From a virus (lineage: Duplodnaviria; Caudoviricetes): 64,000 bases of DNA. The position numbers were made by a program, and so were the translations under genes. Numbering within the stretch: the first letter of the stretch is position 1; each line of letters begins with the position of its first letter. Location of the stretch: the IMG/VR virus record IMGVR_UViG_2917070673_000003. One strand, given 5' to 3'. Of this stretch, positions 46,857-56,501 are shown piece by piece. The notes under the pieces are model-generated. The model was not told where the DNA came from. It saw only the letters and a list, made by a program, of their open reading frames with translations, and did not search any database.

Positions 46857-47504
46857 ATGCCAAACCATGTGACCAACAAGGTGAGCGCTCCTGCCCACGT
46901 ACTTAAGTCGCTGATAAATGAGAGCGGCAAAATCGACTTCAACACTATCCTGCCTTTCCGCGGCGAATTCCCCTGGGACGGAATCAGTGGGCAGGCGGAG
47001 ACCGCTGCGCAGGCAATCACTGCCATGCCGCTAAACGACGATCCTTTGATTGCAGGGTTTGAACGGCGTAACCGCGCCGAAGCCAACGTATTGCAAATGA
47101 GCGAGGAATGCTTCGAGCAGTTCATCCAGATGCTGCGCAACAAGCGATCGTCTGGGCACTTCCACTCGCTGGACTTCGCCCGCGATGTCTGGGGCACAAA
47201 ATGGAACGCTTACGCCCAGGTGATCGACCTTGATACAGGCGAGCTTTCATTCGATACCGCTTGGTCATGCCCTCTCCCGGTCCTGATGGAGCTTTCAAAG
47301 CTCCACCCAGATGATGAAATCACCGTTCGCTATGCAGACGAAGACCTCGGAAGTAACTGCGGAACCGTGAAGTTCAAGGCTGGGGAAACTGTCTCGTCGG
47401 AGGTTGCCGGGCGCTGGGACGGAATGAGCGATGAGCAGCGTCAACAGTGGACTGCCTGGGCACGTGACCTGAAGGGCTGGCCAGAAGACGAAGAAGACGA
47501 GTAA
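46857..47504 (+). CDS. DUF1281/YubB ferredoxin-like protein
   Basis: MPNHVTN, IDFNTILP, WGTKWNA, FDTAWSCP. Confidence 0.85.
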   Translation: MPNHVTNKVSAPAHVLKSLINESGKIDFNTILPFRGEFPWDGISGQAETAAQAITAMPLNDDPLIAGFERRNRAEANVLQMSEECFEQFIQMLRNKRSSGHFHSLDFARDVWGTKWNAYAQVIDLDTGELSFDTAWSCPLPVLMELSKLHPDDEITVRYADEDLGSNCGTVKFKAGETVSSEVAGRWDGMSDEQRQQWTAWARDLKGWPEDEEDE

Positions 47505-47547
47505 TCGATCACCACCATCTGCCGCCACGCGCGGCGTGGAGAACCCC

Positions 47548-47790
47548 ATGGAAACCGAGATCCTTTCGGAAGAAGAGCTAGCCGACATCACCGGCTACAA
47601 GGGTCGATTCCACCAGAGACGCTGGCTGGACGATCGAAAGTGGCTGTATGTCGAGAGCCGCGGCGGCCGGCCGCTAGTGGGTCGCCAGTACGCACGCATA
47701 AAGCTGGGCGCTGTGGTTCCGACAATTTTTGAACCCAACCCGCCGCCGGCAGCGCCGGCATGGATGCCAGACTTTTCGCGAGTGAACTGA
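47548..47790 (+). CDS. Excisionase-like protein (DUF4224)
   Basis: LSEEELADITGYK..QRRWL..GRPLVGRQY; directly before int. Confidence 0.8.
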   Translation: METEILSEEELADITGYKGRFHQRRWLDDRKWLYVESRGGRPLVGRQYARIKLGAVVPTIFEPNPPPAAPAWMPDFSRVN

Positions 47791-47791
47791 T

Positions 47792-48841
47792 ATGCGCCCC
47801 CGCAAGACCGAGAATCGACACCTGCCCCCCAGGATGTACCAGTGGGTCCGGCCACGAAAAGACGGCACAGCATGGACTGCTTACTTCTACCTGGACTCAG
47901 CGGGTAAGCGCATCTCACTCGGCAAGGACCTCGACCTGGCTCGGCTCAAATGGGCCGAGCTTGAAGCCAAGGACAAGCCTCTAGATCTGCGCACTATGAA
48001 GGGAATTTTTGATCGGTACATCCGTGACATTATCCCAAAGAAGGCGCCCCGCACGCAGCGCGACAACCTGGCCGAGATCAAGCAACTGCGCCCTCTGTTC
48101 GATAGCGCCCCGATCGACTCCATAACCCCGGCAACCATTGCCGGGTATCGGGATGCACGAACGGCGAAAGTACGAGCGAACAGAGAGATCGCAACCCTCT
48201 CCCATGTGTTCAACATGGCGCGCGAGTGGGGCCTTACCACGAAAGAGAACCCCTGCCAGGGCGTACGCAAGAATAAGGAAACTCCTCGCGACTATTACGC
48301 AAATGACGTGGTGTGGGATGCGGTTTACCGGAAGGCGTGCCAGGAACTGAAGGATTCTATGGATTTGGCGTATCTGACTGGCCAGCGGCCGGCAGATGTC
48401 TTGGTTATGCGCAGGGACGATGTAGAGGGGGATTATCTGGGAGTTCAGCAGAACAAGACGCACAAGAAGCTTCGCATCCAGGTATCAGCCAACGGAGTCC
48501 TCAACAGCCTTGGACTTCTAATTTCGCAGATGAACGAGCGCAATGCTCAGCATCTGTGTAGCTACCTGATTGTGAGCTCGCGAGGTAAGCGCATGACCGC
48601 CAAGATGCTGCGCGACAGATGGGATAAGGCGAGGGACAAGGCGAAGACGGAGGCAATTGAAGCGGGCGACACGCTTATGGCGAGCAGGATCGCAAACTTT
48701 CAGTTCCGAGATATCAGGCCAAAAGCCGCGTCAGAAATCACCGATATCGACGAGGCAAGCCTGCTTCTGGGGCACACCAAAGGCGACATCACGGAGCGCG
48801 TATACCGGCGAGTCGGGGCTATTGCCCAGCCGTCCAAATAG
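47792..48841 (+). CDS. int: Tyrosine integrase
   Basis: TGQRPADV, FRDIRPKAAS, LLGHT..TERVYRR. Confidence 0.95.
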   Translation: MRPRKTENRHLPPRMYQWVRPRKDGTAWTAYFYLDSAGKRISLGKDLDLARLKWAELEAKDKPLDLRTMKGIFDRYIRDIIPKKAPRTQRDNLAEIKQLRPLFDSAPIDSITPATIAGYRDARTAKVRANREIATLSHVFNMAREWGLTTKENPCQGVRKNKETPRDYYANDVVWDAVYRKACQELKDSMDLAYLTGQRPADVLVMRRDDVEGDYLGVQQNKTHKKLRIQVSANGVLNSLGLLISQMNERNAQHLCSYLIVSSRGKRMTAKMLRDRWDKARDKAKTEAIEAGDTLMASRIANFQFRDIRPKAASEITDIDEASLLLGHTKGDITERVYRRVGAIAQPSK

Positions 48842-48963
48842 GAGGAAAAGCCGTTACAAAACGCGAAAGACGCCCCTTGTAGAATGCGGCCTGTAGAGCA
48901 TTCAAAATACCAAAGTTTTGCAATGAAAAAACTCTAGACCTCTTGATCTATGGGCCTTTGCAT

Positions 48964-49025
48964 AGCGGTCTTGAAAACCGCCGACTGTAACAGGTCCTAG
49001 AGTTCGAATCTCTACGCCTCCGCCA
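48964..49025 (+). tRNA. 3' fragment of tRNA-Ser(TGA), prophage att core (not an intact tRNA)
   Basis: Anticodon arm GCGGT-CTTGAAA-ACCGC, long variable arm, GTTCGAATC, CGCCTCC-GCCA; no 5' acceptor strand or D arm. Confidence 0.85.
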
Positions 49026-49037
49026 AATCTCAACGAG

Positions 49038-49064
49038 AAAGCCCTGATTTTTCAGGGCTTTTTT
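49038..49064 (+). terminator. tRNA terminator
   Basis: AAAGCCCTGA...TCAGGGCTTT T run. Confidence 0.75.
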
Positions 49065-49276
49065 GTTTCTGCTGCTCACGGGCGCTTACCGTCACCATCT
49101 GACCGTTTCCGCATCATTTCTTTAGTTTCCGCAACTACCCCCCTACGGCACCTTGCCGACAGAATGCCAAAACCTGTGGCCCGACCTGGATGCTGTCCTG
49201 TATTTTCCTAACCTCAGGATGACCGATTCTTGCCACACACCATGGCCTGCAGTTACTGGACGGGAGTAATTGCTGC

Positions 49277-49373
49277 ATCGCCCCGATGATGGATTGGACA
49301 CACAAACGCTGTAAGCCTTAATTTTAAAGACCTCCGTTGATCAACATCAGACTGTGTACCAATTTTTTACCAC
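49277..49373 (+). repeat. dusA-type att-like scar, copy 1 (copy 2 at 50116-50200)
   Basis: Encodes IAPMMDWT; ends in GTACCAATTTTTTACCAC. Confidence 0.6.
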
Positions 49374-49462
49374 TTCACCTGGTAGCTCTAAGCTGTCACC
49401 TGCCACTTTTCGTTCAGAGATCGACAGTGAAAGGTGCGACTAAAATTTGAGAACAGGCGCCA

Positions 49463-50005
49463 CTACGAGACGGTGGTACGGAGGTCCATCCTCAGGACAA
49501 CCATTTGTGAATACTCGGCTTTGACTTGACGAGAAAAATTCTTACTTCCTATCTCTGAAAAGCCCCACTTGAGATAGGCGTTTCTTGCATTTACTGCAGA
49601 CGCCATTACATCCAGCCATACGTGCGTCAGCCCTAACTCTTTCGCGTGCTCGATTGCTGCAGACACAAGTCGAAACCCTAACCCCGACTTCTGACTGCCC
49701 GGTAGAAGATAGATCCTAGAAATCTCCGCTCCCCCACATTCGTGCGTGATCGGGTTTCGAGAGTCAACCATCATGGTTAAGAATCCAACCGCAACCCCAG
49801 CAACCTCGGCTACCCAAAGCCTTGATTCAGCTTGTCGCAGCAGCATCAAAAATGCTGATGTACTAAAGGTATCCAGTTGATTGGCTAAAGCTACGCAGTC
49901 ATTCCATAGGTAATGATAGGACGCTGCATAAGCAGCAGGACCAATCACTCCTAACACCTCAGCATCGTCTACACATGCTCTGCGGATTTTTACCACTCCG
50001 TCCAC
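49463..50005 (-). CDS. GNAT family acetyltransferase
   Basis: IRRACVDD, EISRIYLLP..QKSGLG, VWLDV..NA..AY.KWGF. Confidence 0.9.
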   Translation of the reverse strand: MDGVVKIRRACVDDAEVLGVIGPAAYAASYHYLWNDCVALANQLDTFSTSAFLMLLRQAESRLWVAEVAGVAVGFLTMMVDSRNPITHECGGAEISRIYLLPGSQKSGLGFRLVSAAIEHAKELGLTHVWLDVMASAVNARNAYLKWGFSEIGSKNFSRQVKAEYSQMVVLRMDLRTTVS

Positions 50006-50115
50006 ACTTGGGCCTCGCGCAATTCCAATGGGTCACCCAAGAGTCTACCCCCTCAGATCTGCGTCTGCTTTGCTCGACTGCTGCCAGGGATGCAGAAATT
50101 AGCCCCCAAATCCGT

Positions 50116-50200
50116 GATGGATTGGGGGACGTTCCCTGAAAGCCTATAGCATCAAGGCTTCAAAACGGCAGACTAAGTTTCGGTACCAATTTTGTACCAC
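50116..50200 (+). repeat. dusA-type att-like scar, copy 2
   Basis: GATGGATTGG..CTGAAAGCCT..CAGACT..GTACCAATTTTGTACCAC matches copy 1 blocks. Confidence 0.55.
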
Positions 50201-50367
50201 ACCCTTTTGATCATCCTCGCCACTTGAGGCGCAGCTCTATTCGATCAGTCGGCGTAGAACCTTCCACTTTCACTGCCAAAAAACTACAACAATCCACCCA
50301 CCTACTCTATAAAGCTGTTGCAGGAGTCTTATAGGTAAGAGAACGCCATTTGGGATGGTCACAGTGC

Positions 50368-51732
50368 ATGTCAGTCACCGTTGAGATGGTTGCGGAATTC
50401 ATGTTCGCCTACACACGGCGGTATCGTAACGAGTACCGCAGAGCCACCACACCTCTACCAGATGGTCCTGGATATCCGAATCTAGTTCAGTCCCCTTATC
50501 TAGACGCCAAAAAACTTCAGGTCTACGTTGCTCAAGACGGCGTTGTGATTTCCATTGAAAACGAACCACCACACCAGTGGTACATTGCTGGCGGTCCTGC
50601 GCTTAAAGTGGATTATGAGCCAACCAGAACTCCCAAAGATGTCACCCAATTCTTAGCCGACAACCAACTACAAGGGAAGGACATCGGCATTTATAGAATA
50701 GTATCGAAAACTCCCCTAGCCTCCTGTATATGGCGCAGCCGAGTACAGGGCATAGAGAGAGAGCTGCAAATCTCAGACCCTGAACTTGAACTAACACTAT
50801 CCCTAAAACAAATAAATTTACCATATAAAAAACTAGTCAACACACTGACATTTGGTGCATATGGCTCGGTGCTTGATCCAAAATTTGATGATGCCGCTGA
50901 TTTTGGCAGGTCTCACATCACTAAGAATTTAGGATTTTTCCCGGCAGACCTAAACAATAGAAGATTTTTTGAGTATATCGAGGTAGTTAGTCATGCCGAT
51001 GAGGCAGCGTGGGACAAGCGACTGATAACCCTACGCGTCCAGCAAGATATCCGCCGAGATATCGGCTCAGCCTTAGCCACATACGGGCGTGAGCCTCTAG
51101 GAGGTTCTATATCGTTCGGTAGCGAACCGGAATGGCTTGATTCTTACAATAATCGCCTTGACTCATTAAAGATTGCCATTTCTACCTTAGGAGAGGCTTT
51201 AAGGTTTCAGCCAGACGGCATTGAGTCTATATTTCACGCTATCTTAGAGAAACATCCAGTACTGCTAGATGTTTACGGCTCATGCGAAAGCAAGCCCGAA
51301 CTAATCTATCCAAATGGTCAGACTTCACCCATCGGCAAAACAAAACTTCAGCCAGACTTCATCATTAAATACCCCGACCAATCTTACAAATTAATTGAAA
51401 TCGAACGCCCCGCAAAAAAACTAGCCACAACGCTGGGACAACCACGAGCAGAAGTCAGTCAAGCCGTATTCCAAACAGCTGAATGGAAGCACTATATAAA
51501 AACCCACTATTCGTTAGTCGCTTCACGCTATCCAGGTATTCAATCGAAATGCAAAACGTCCGTAATCATGAGTCGATTTACTCAGCAAAATTTTAAGAAC
51601 GTGTCAGATGCACGCGAATACATGGGACTGATGATAGACCAATACAACATCGATGAGTTCCTCACATTCGACGATCTCCTTGAAAGAGCAATTTCCGCTT
51701 ACACAATGCTCTCAAGTTTTCCTCCGACATAA
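50368..51732 (+). CDS. sduA: Shedu anti-phage nuclease (C-terminal DUF4263) with uncharacterised N-terminal domain
   Basis: FHAILEKHP, PDFII, IEIERP, QAVFQTAEW; AT-rich. Confidence 0.8.
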   Translation: MSVTVEMVAEFMFAYTRRYRNEYRRATTPLPDGPGYPNLVQSPYLDAKKLQVYVAQDGVVISIENEPPHQWYIAGGPALKVDYEPTRTPKDVTQFLADNQLQGKDIGIYRIVSKTPLASCIWRSRVQGIERELQISDPELELTLSLKQINLPYKKLVNTLTFGAYGSVLDPKFDDAADFGRSHITKNLGFFPADLNNRRFFEYIEVVSHADEAAWDKRLITLRVQQDIRRDIGSALATYGREPLGGSISFGSEPEWLDSYNNRLDSLKIAISTLGEALRFQPDGIESIFHAILEKHPVLLDVYGSCESKPELIYPNGQTSPIGKTKLQPDFIIKYPDQSYKLIEIERPAKKLATTLGQPRAEVSQAVFQTAEWKHYIKTHYSLVASRYPGIQSKCKTSVIMSRFTQQNFKNVSDAREYMGLMIDQYNIDEFLTFDDLLERAISAYTMLSSFPPT

Positions 51733-51874
51733 ACAGCCATAAGGATAGGGATTCGAACCCGACCATAATCAACCGCAGTCCGCTCAAGGCCACGAAATTA
51801 GAGTATGTAGCACCTGAGTTAAGGCCTATATAGGCCTAAAGCGGTATCCGCTATGCCCTAAAAATGCCCTAAGA

Positions 51875-52072
51875 TCATCTGCGCTTCGAGCCAACAACCT
51901 GTTCGGCATCTGCAAACCAGGGTAGCGAGGATAACGCGTCCGAGGTGTGCCAAGTGATCAGCCACTCGGTGTGGATCAAATCCGGCAGGCTGATCCCGTT
52001 TTGTGGGAACGCGTCACCCATGCGCCTTTCGCCACCATATTTCCACTCAAGCGGTCCGAAGCCGTCTGCCAT
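51875..52072 (-). pseudogene. Possible integrase C-terminal remnant
   Basis: KYGGERRMGDAFPQNG..WLITWH..LPWF next to ATGCCCTAA direct repeats; weak recall only. Confidence 0.3.
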
Positions 52073-52739
52073 ACTTCGGCCCGAGAGGCTGTCATGGCCA
52101 ACTCTGTATCATTCGTAATAAGTTCAGCGTCTCGCAGGGCCTGCGTGTAGCCGATTGCATTATGGTAGGCGCGAACACCAGAAGCCCAGTCGCTCGATTT
52201 ATGTACTGAGTTCAACCGCAAAAGCCAGGCTGTTTGGACTCTGCGCTCGGCAAACCGGGCTGATCGCTAATCGTTAATACGCTGATGCCTGGCATGCCCC
52301 AATCCCCCAAATTAAGCGCTGCTTATACGCTTACCAGCACGACCGATACCAGTAGCCAAATGTAGGGGGCATGGTTACCACGACCACTAAAAAGGCCCAC
52401 ATCCCTGCCAGGTGAGGGGCCTTTTTTTGAACCGTCGAAACCAACATCCCCTAGACGAGCAGGCCAGTCCCACCTCGGCTGGCCTTCGCCTAATCAACCC
52501 TTGTTCGCAATAACCCTCTTTGCCAAGGTTGATCAACAGGGACATCTCTTCCAACGGAACTCATCTGCTCCGTTTGTGCGTGGTGGGTGTTTCACCAAAC
52601 CTTGAAGTCCTTTCCAGGGTTTCTTCAAGCGCTCGAACTAGTACATTTGTGCTAGTTGACTCCCCCCCTCCTACGGGGATCATAGTCCCGACTAGTGCTG
52701 CCATTCTGAGATTTCAGTCAATCGGACATTTCGACTAGT

Positions 52740-52900
52740 CGCGCAGTATCACAAGGGACGTTTGGCTGGGTAGTTTAACGCTCGAAGTTGATGATAATCG
52801 ATGAAATGTGTTATTTACTTTTTGATTGCAACGAAGCTAATTTGCTTCTTAATTTAGTCGCCAGACGCTACGAGCATGGCAGCGTGTGCTGGCCAGCAAA
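52740..52900 (+). pseudogene. istB: IS21 IstB helper ATPase remnant
   Basis: IIDEMCYLLFDCNEANLLLNLVARRYEHGS matches IstB Walker B region IIDE.GYLP....A.LLF.L...RYE.GS. Confidence 0.7.
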
Positions 52901-53015
52901 TATCACTGACTCGAGATACTCAGTTGAGAAATTCTATTTTTTAGCGTGCTTGTTTGGCTTGATTAATTTAATGTAAATGGATAACAAATTCATATTCAAG
53001 GAGGCACGACACAGC

Positions 53016-53588
53016 ATGCCAGAGTTTTTGAAATTAAATAAATACGTCATACCAATTACTTTACTACTTGCTGCCTCCACTTCAGCGATAGCTGACAAAG
53101 CGAACCCCATTGGCGATTGGTGGCGTGTCTATAGCATAGGCACGGGCAAAAACAACATAGTGTTTGTCGCTGATCTCACGTCCATGACGCCACGGAGTCA
53201 AGCGGCGGGTGGGCTTCAGTCAGTAGACGTAAACCAAGTCTTCGCTGACCCATCCAAGCCATTGGCGGATGTCTATTCAGTTGAAGTCCAGTGCTCCAAG
53301 CACAGAGCCCGCTTTCTTAAAGGAACATCAATAGAACGAACGAGCTACGCACGCCGGGATTTGAAAGTCTCCAATGAGTGGCATACGTTGGATGACAAGG
53401 CGCTTTTATATACATTTGCCTTTGTATGTAATCCCCAAGATCGAGTCTTCAACGGCATGTTGTCACTGGGTAAATTTGATCAGATGAAAATGCTCGGGAT
53501 CATCACGGAGGTACAAGCACCGCCGAAGAGCCCAATGGAAGAGCTGGATGAAATGTTAAACAACAAAAACCCTGAAAAGTCCAGGTAA
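53016..53588 (+). CDS. Secreted hypothetical protein (surface-adhesin-E-like Cys spacing)
   Basis: Signal peptide ending AIA-D; EVQCSK..FAFVC; AAGGAGG RBS. Confidence 0.65.
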   Translation: MPEFLKLNKYVIPITLLLAASTSAIADKANPIGDWWRVYSIGTGKNNIVFVADLTSMTPRSQAAGGLQSVDVNQVFADPSKPLADVYSVEVQCSKHRARFLKGTSIERTSYARRDLKVSNEWHTLDDKALLYTFAFVCNPQDRVFNGMLSLGKFDQMKMLGIITEVQAPPKSPMEELDEMLNNKNPEKSR

Positions 53589-53613
53589 GGTAAACTCCAT
53601 GATATATCAATGG

Positions 53614-54036
53614 ATGAAAACGTTTTCTTTAATGCTAGCAGTGTCAGGCATAATGGTAAGCAGCGGCTGTTCCTTAATTGCTCAAAGTCGTTGGGAAGGT
53701 CGCGATGCCCAAGAGGCGCTGAATCTGTTTGGCAGGCCCGATACGATGAAAGCAACTCAAGATCCTGATGCAGGTACACTTGTCGTAATGACGTGGTACA
53801 AATCCTCTCAGTGGTCGACAACTGAGGCAGCCGGAACATCCATGACACAAGGCAGTAATGGTTTGACCCATACCGAGTATTACGAGAACGTCGGTCATAG
53901 CTCCGACTGCAAGATTGAAGCAACGGTGAACAAAGCAAAAAAAATAGTGCTTTTCAAAATTCAGAATGGAGAAGTATTTCATGGCAAGTGCCAAAATATT
54001 CCTTATGTTCCCGGTTATATTCCCCCAGGCTTTTAG
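53614..54036 (+). CDS. Putative lipoprotein
   Basis: MKTFSLMLAVSGIMVSSG-C lipobox-like; LNLFGRPD. Confidence 0.65.
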   Translation: MKTFSLMLAVSGIMVSSGCSLIAQSRWEGRDAQEALNLFGRPDTMKATQDPDAGTLVVMTWYKSSQWSTTEAAGTSMTQGSNGLTHTEYYENVGHSSDCKIEATVNKAKKIVLFKIQNGEVFHGKCQNIPYVPGYIPPGF

Positions 54037-54419
54037 CATCTTCTATAAGTACTGAAGGGATAACTGATTAGGGGATTCACGGCAGTTATTTTTTCGAAAC
54101 AGTCCCTCAGACCGCCTAGTATTACACCCTCGGATTTTTTCCTAATCCTAATAATGGTCTGAAGGGACGCTCCAAAGTTTTGCCCAGTTTTGAAACGAAA
54201 ACACCAAGACCCGACAACTGCAACATTTTCAGTTTATTGACGTTGGGTCAACGGCTCATGCCTCCCTTGCTTTGCTCCTTGGGCTGAAGAGTTGAATGAA
54301 CAAATGCTGCTGATGAAGGCACTCAAGAAAAATCCAGGATCCTCCAAACTCGTTGCCTAGGTTAATTTTAGACGTAAACAATAATAAGCCCGGACTATCG
54401 CCGGGCCTCTTCATTCTGA

Positions 54420-54938
54420 CTACTCTTTGCTCGCTTGCAGCCCCCGCACATACTCCTGACACGCAGCCAACGCGATCAGTCCCTGGTCACCGTCTCCGGC
54501 GATGGCGATAATTCGTTGAGCATGCGCTGGGTCAAGTTCGGCTCGCGCTTCTCCATGATCCACGCCGGCGCCGCCGGTGTCGGCTGGCAGCCCACCGCCA
54601 CCACCCGGGGCGGCGAGTAGGACTGACAGCCGCACATCAGCAGTAGCCAGCCGGTCACGCAGGCGAGCCTGCTCGGTTTGAGCATTTCGCAGTTCCTTGT
54701 AGTGGGTTTCGTCATTCACCTGCAGCCGATCCTCCAGCGCTCGGCGCTCAACCTGCTGGCGTTCCTGCCAATCGATCACCGCCACCGCCGCCTGCTCGCG
54801 AGAGCGCTGATTCGCCTCGGCCTGGGCGGCCAGTTGCTCGCCGTAGCGGTTGGCTTGCCAGGCCCAAGCAGCCCAGGCGCCGAGGGCAAGCCCCAGTACC
54901 AGGGCGCCAATCAGTCCACGTGCACCCAGCGCGCTCAC
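54420..54938 (-). CDS. Rz-like i-spanin
   Basis: TM anchor, WQANRYG, RLRDRLATADVRLSVLL, IALAACQEYVR. Confidence 0.85.
   Translation of the reverse strand: MSALGARGLIGALVLGLALGAWAAWAWQANRYGEQLAAQAEANQRSREQAAVAVIDWQERQQVERRALEDRLQVNDETHYKELRNAQTEQARLRDRLATADVRLSVLLAAPGGGGGLPADTGGAGVDHGEARAELDPAHAQRIIAIAGDGDQGLIALAACQEYVRGLQASKE
54476..54685 (-). CDS. Embedded Rz1-like o-spanin lipoprotein
   Basis: LLLMCG-C lipobox, PAAPAWIM, in +1 frame inside Rz. Confidence 0.7.
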   Translation of the reverse strand: MLKPSRLACVTGWLLLMCGCQSYSPPRVVAVGCQPTPAAPAWIMEKREPNLTQRMLNELSPSPETVTRD

Positions 54939-55393
54939 GGCAGCACCTTCAGCACACGCTTATACAGCGCCTCGCGGTCGGACAAGCCATTGGTGCCGCC
55001 GTTGATACGGCGAGTGATAGTGAGAAAGTCACCCTGGTCGGCCAGGGTATTGAGGCCTGCCCGCTGCCAATACCAACCGGCCGACATCGAGGCACACACC
55101 GGGTGCTCAAGCAACTCCGGGGTGTTGAGCAATCGCGCATCACCAAACAGAGCCTCGCTGCAAGCCGCATAGTTGGCCCGGCCGGTGACCTGAATTAGCC
55201 CCCTGCCCCGATACTTCTGGCCGTCGCCATCCGCTTCGGGAGTGTTGCCCAGGTGCTTGGCCAAGGTCCCGGTGTCGTACTTGCTCAAGTACTGGTCGCT
55301 GCCCAGCTCGCGAACCCACTGCAACTGGCCTGACTCGTGGCCGATCTGGGCGATAAACGCCGCGATACGCAGCCGGGTGACGATGGCGTACTT
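54935..55393 (-). pseudogene. GH19 endolysin lacking its N-terminus
   Basis: AAFIAQIGHESG, KYRGRGLIQVTGRANY, ITRRINGGTNGL; no MPITEQQL start. Confidence 0.8.
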
Positions 55394-55531
55394 GCGCAAT
55401 GACACAAAGGAGGTTGAGCATATTTCGATGCAATGGAAACCCATTACTGACGAGCACCGCATGAGTCATGCTCTACAAGCTTAGGCGTCGGGCCAGTTCA
55501 GCCCGCACTCAAGCACGCACTTCACTTAAGG

Positions 55532-56128
55532 ATGAGCATCATGAACGATGATTTGAAGCAGTCAGGCTCTACTACAACCTCTCAGACCACCACCTCGCTG
55601 GAGCAGGTGAAAACCGGAAGGGTCTTGGATTTCACCTGGGTACCTAACGCCAACACCACGACCACCACCGTATCAGCGGACTTTGTCGACTACCGGGTCG
55701 ATACAGCCCAAGGCAGCCCTACGGGGAACAGCCACTCCATAGCACGCTTTACCTATGTCCAGGGCAAAGGCGGCGGCCAGATCAGCCAGCTGTTTCTCGA
55801 GGAGATGCGTGCCGGTGTACGAGCCAACACCCAGATTGGGCTGATGGTCGGACGCAAGTGGGTTCTGGACCCCAACGGCGAGGTCTCGGGCAGCATCGGC
55901 ACCTATGTGGTCGAACAATTCGATGACATGCGCGCCAGTGTCAATTATGTCGGCTCCTTCGCCCGCGTCTTCGACGACCCCAGGATGGTCAGCTACCACG
56001 CTGGGGACCATGTGCACCCCAACGCAGGGGGCCGCACGCGCACGCTCAACCCCCTGGATGAATTGGAAGTCAGCACCTTCCCATTCGGCCCGGTGTACCT
56101 GGCCTTCCGTGTCAGACCTACTGCATAG
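55532..56128 (+). CDS. Tail-fibre-like hypothetical protein, copy 1 with 189-bp in-frame deletion
   Basis: Near-identical to 63215-64000 apart from missing 63 codons. Confidence 0.7.
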   Translation: MSIMNDDLKQSGSTTTSQTTTSLEQVKTGRVLDFTWVPNANTTTTTVSADFVDYRVDTAQGSPTGNSHSIARFTYVQGKGGGQISQLFLEEMRAGVRANTQIGLMVGRKWVLDPNGEVSGSIGTYVVEQFDDMRASVNYVGSFARVFDDPRMVSYHAGDHVHPNAGGRTRTLNPLDELEVSTFPFGPVYLAFRVRPTA

Positions 56129-56194
56129 CGATCTGTCGCGCGCCGGTTGAGCCTTCACTCAACGCCGGCGTCGAACTCACATCCGAGCCACCGA

Positions 56195-56351
56195 CAAACC
56201 TGGTCGACGATACCGGCCAGCGGCATCGAAGAGCTAGGCCATGGCCAAGACCAACGCGGAATTGCAACAGCAGAAACGCGCCAAGGAGAGGGCGTTGCTC
56301 GAGCGGATCGGCGCTGAGCAGCCTACAGCAACTACTGAGCAGCCGAGGTAG
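56195..56351 (+). pseudogene. Remnant of a related prophage early region (MAKTNAELQ.. truncated)
   Basis: 55/57 nt identical to 41031-41087. Confidence 0.6.
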
Positions 56352-56501
56352 TAGAGGTAGTGGATGAATTCGATTAACGCTCCAAGGTTGCCACTAGCAA
56401 CACTGCCAAGATCAGCCATAGGCACCAAGCAAGCGTTGTGGGCGACAACACTTCCCCAGGACCGGAATCTGCTGAGCGCTCCGGCTTCGAGATAACTACG
56501 T

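Larger units (their letters stand above)
1..49025. mobile_element. Lambda-like temperate prophage, left end outside window, right end at tRNA-Ser att
   Basis: Contiguous lambdoid gene order tail-head-terminase-holin-Q-nin-P-O-cII-cro-cI-early-xis-int ending at a 3' tRNA fragment. Confidence 0.95.

Noticed and set aside
48964..49025. Intact tRNA-Ser gene
   Set aside because: The 5' acceptor strand (GGAGGCG expected) and D arm are absent; it is the att-duplicated 3' fragment
52440..52740. Possible small gene remnants on the minus strand
   Set aside because: Frames are broken by stops and I cannot assign a family
54935..55462. Full-length GH19 starting at 55462
   Set aside because: The first ~22 codons (MRCSSVMGFHC..) are unrelated junction sequence overlapping a + strand stub (MQWKPITD, 55428-55484); the genuine N-terminus type is at 62827
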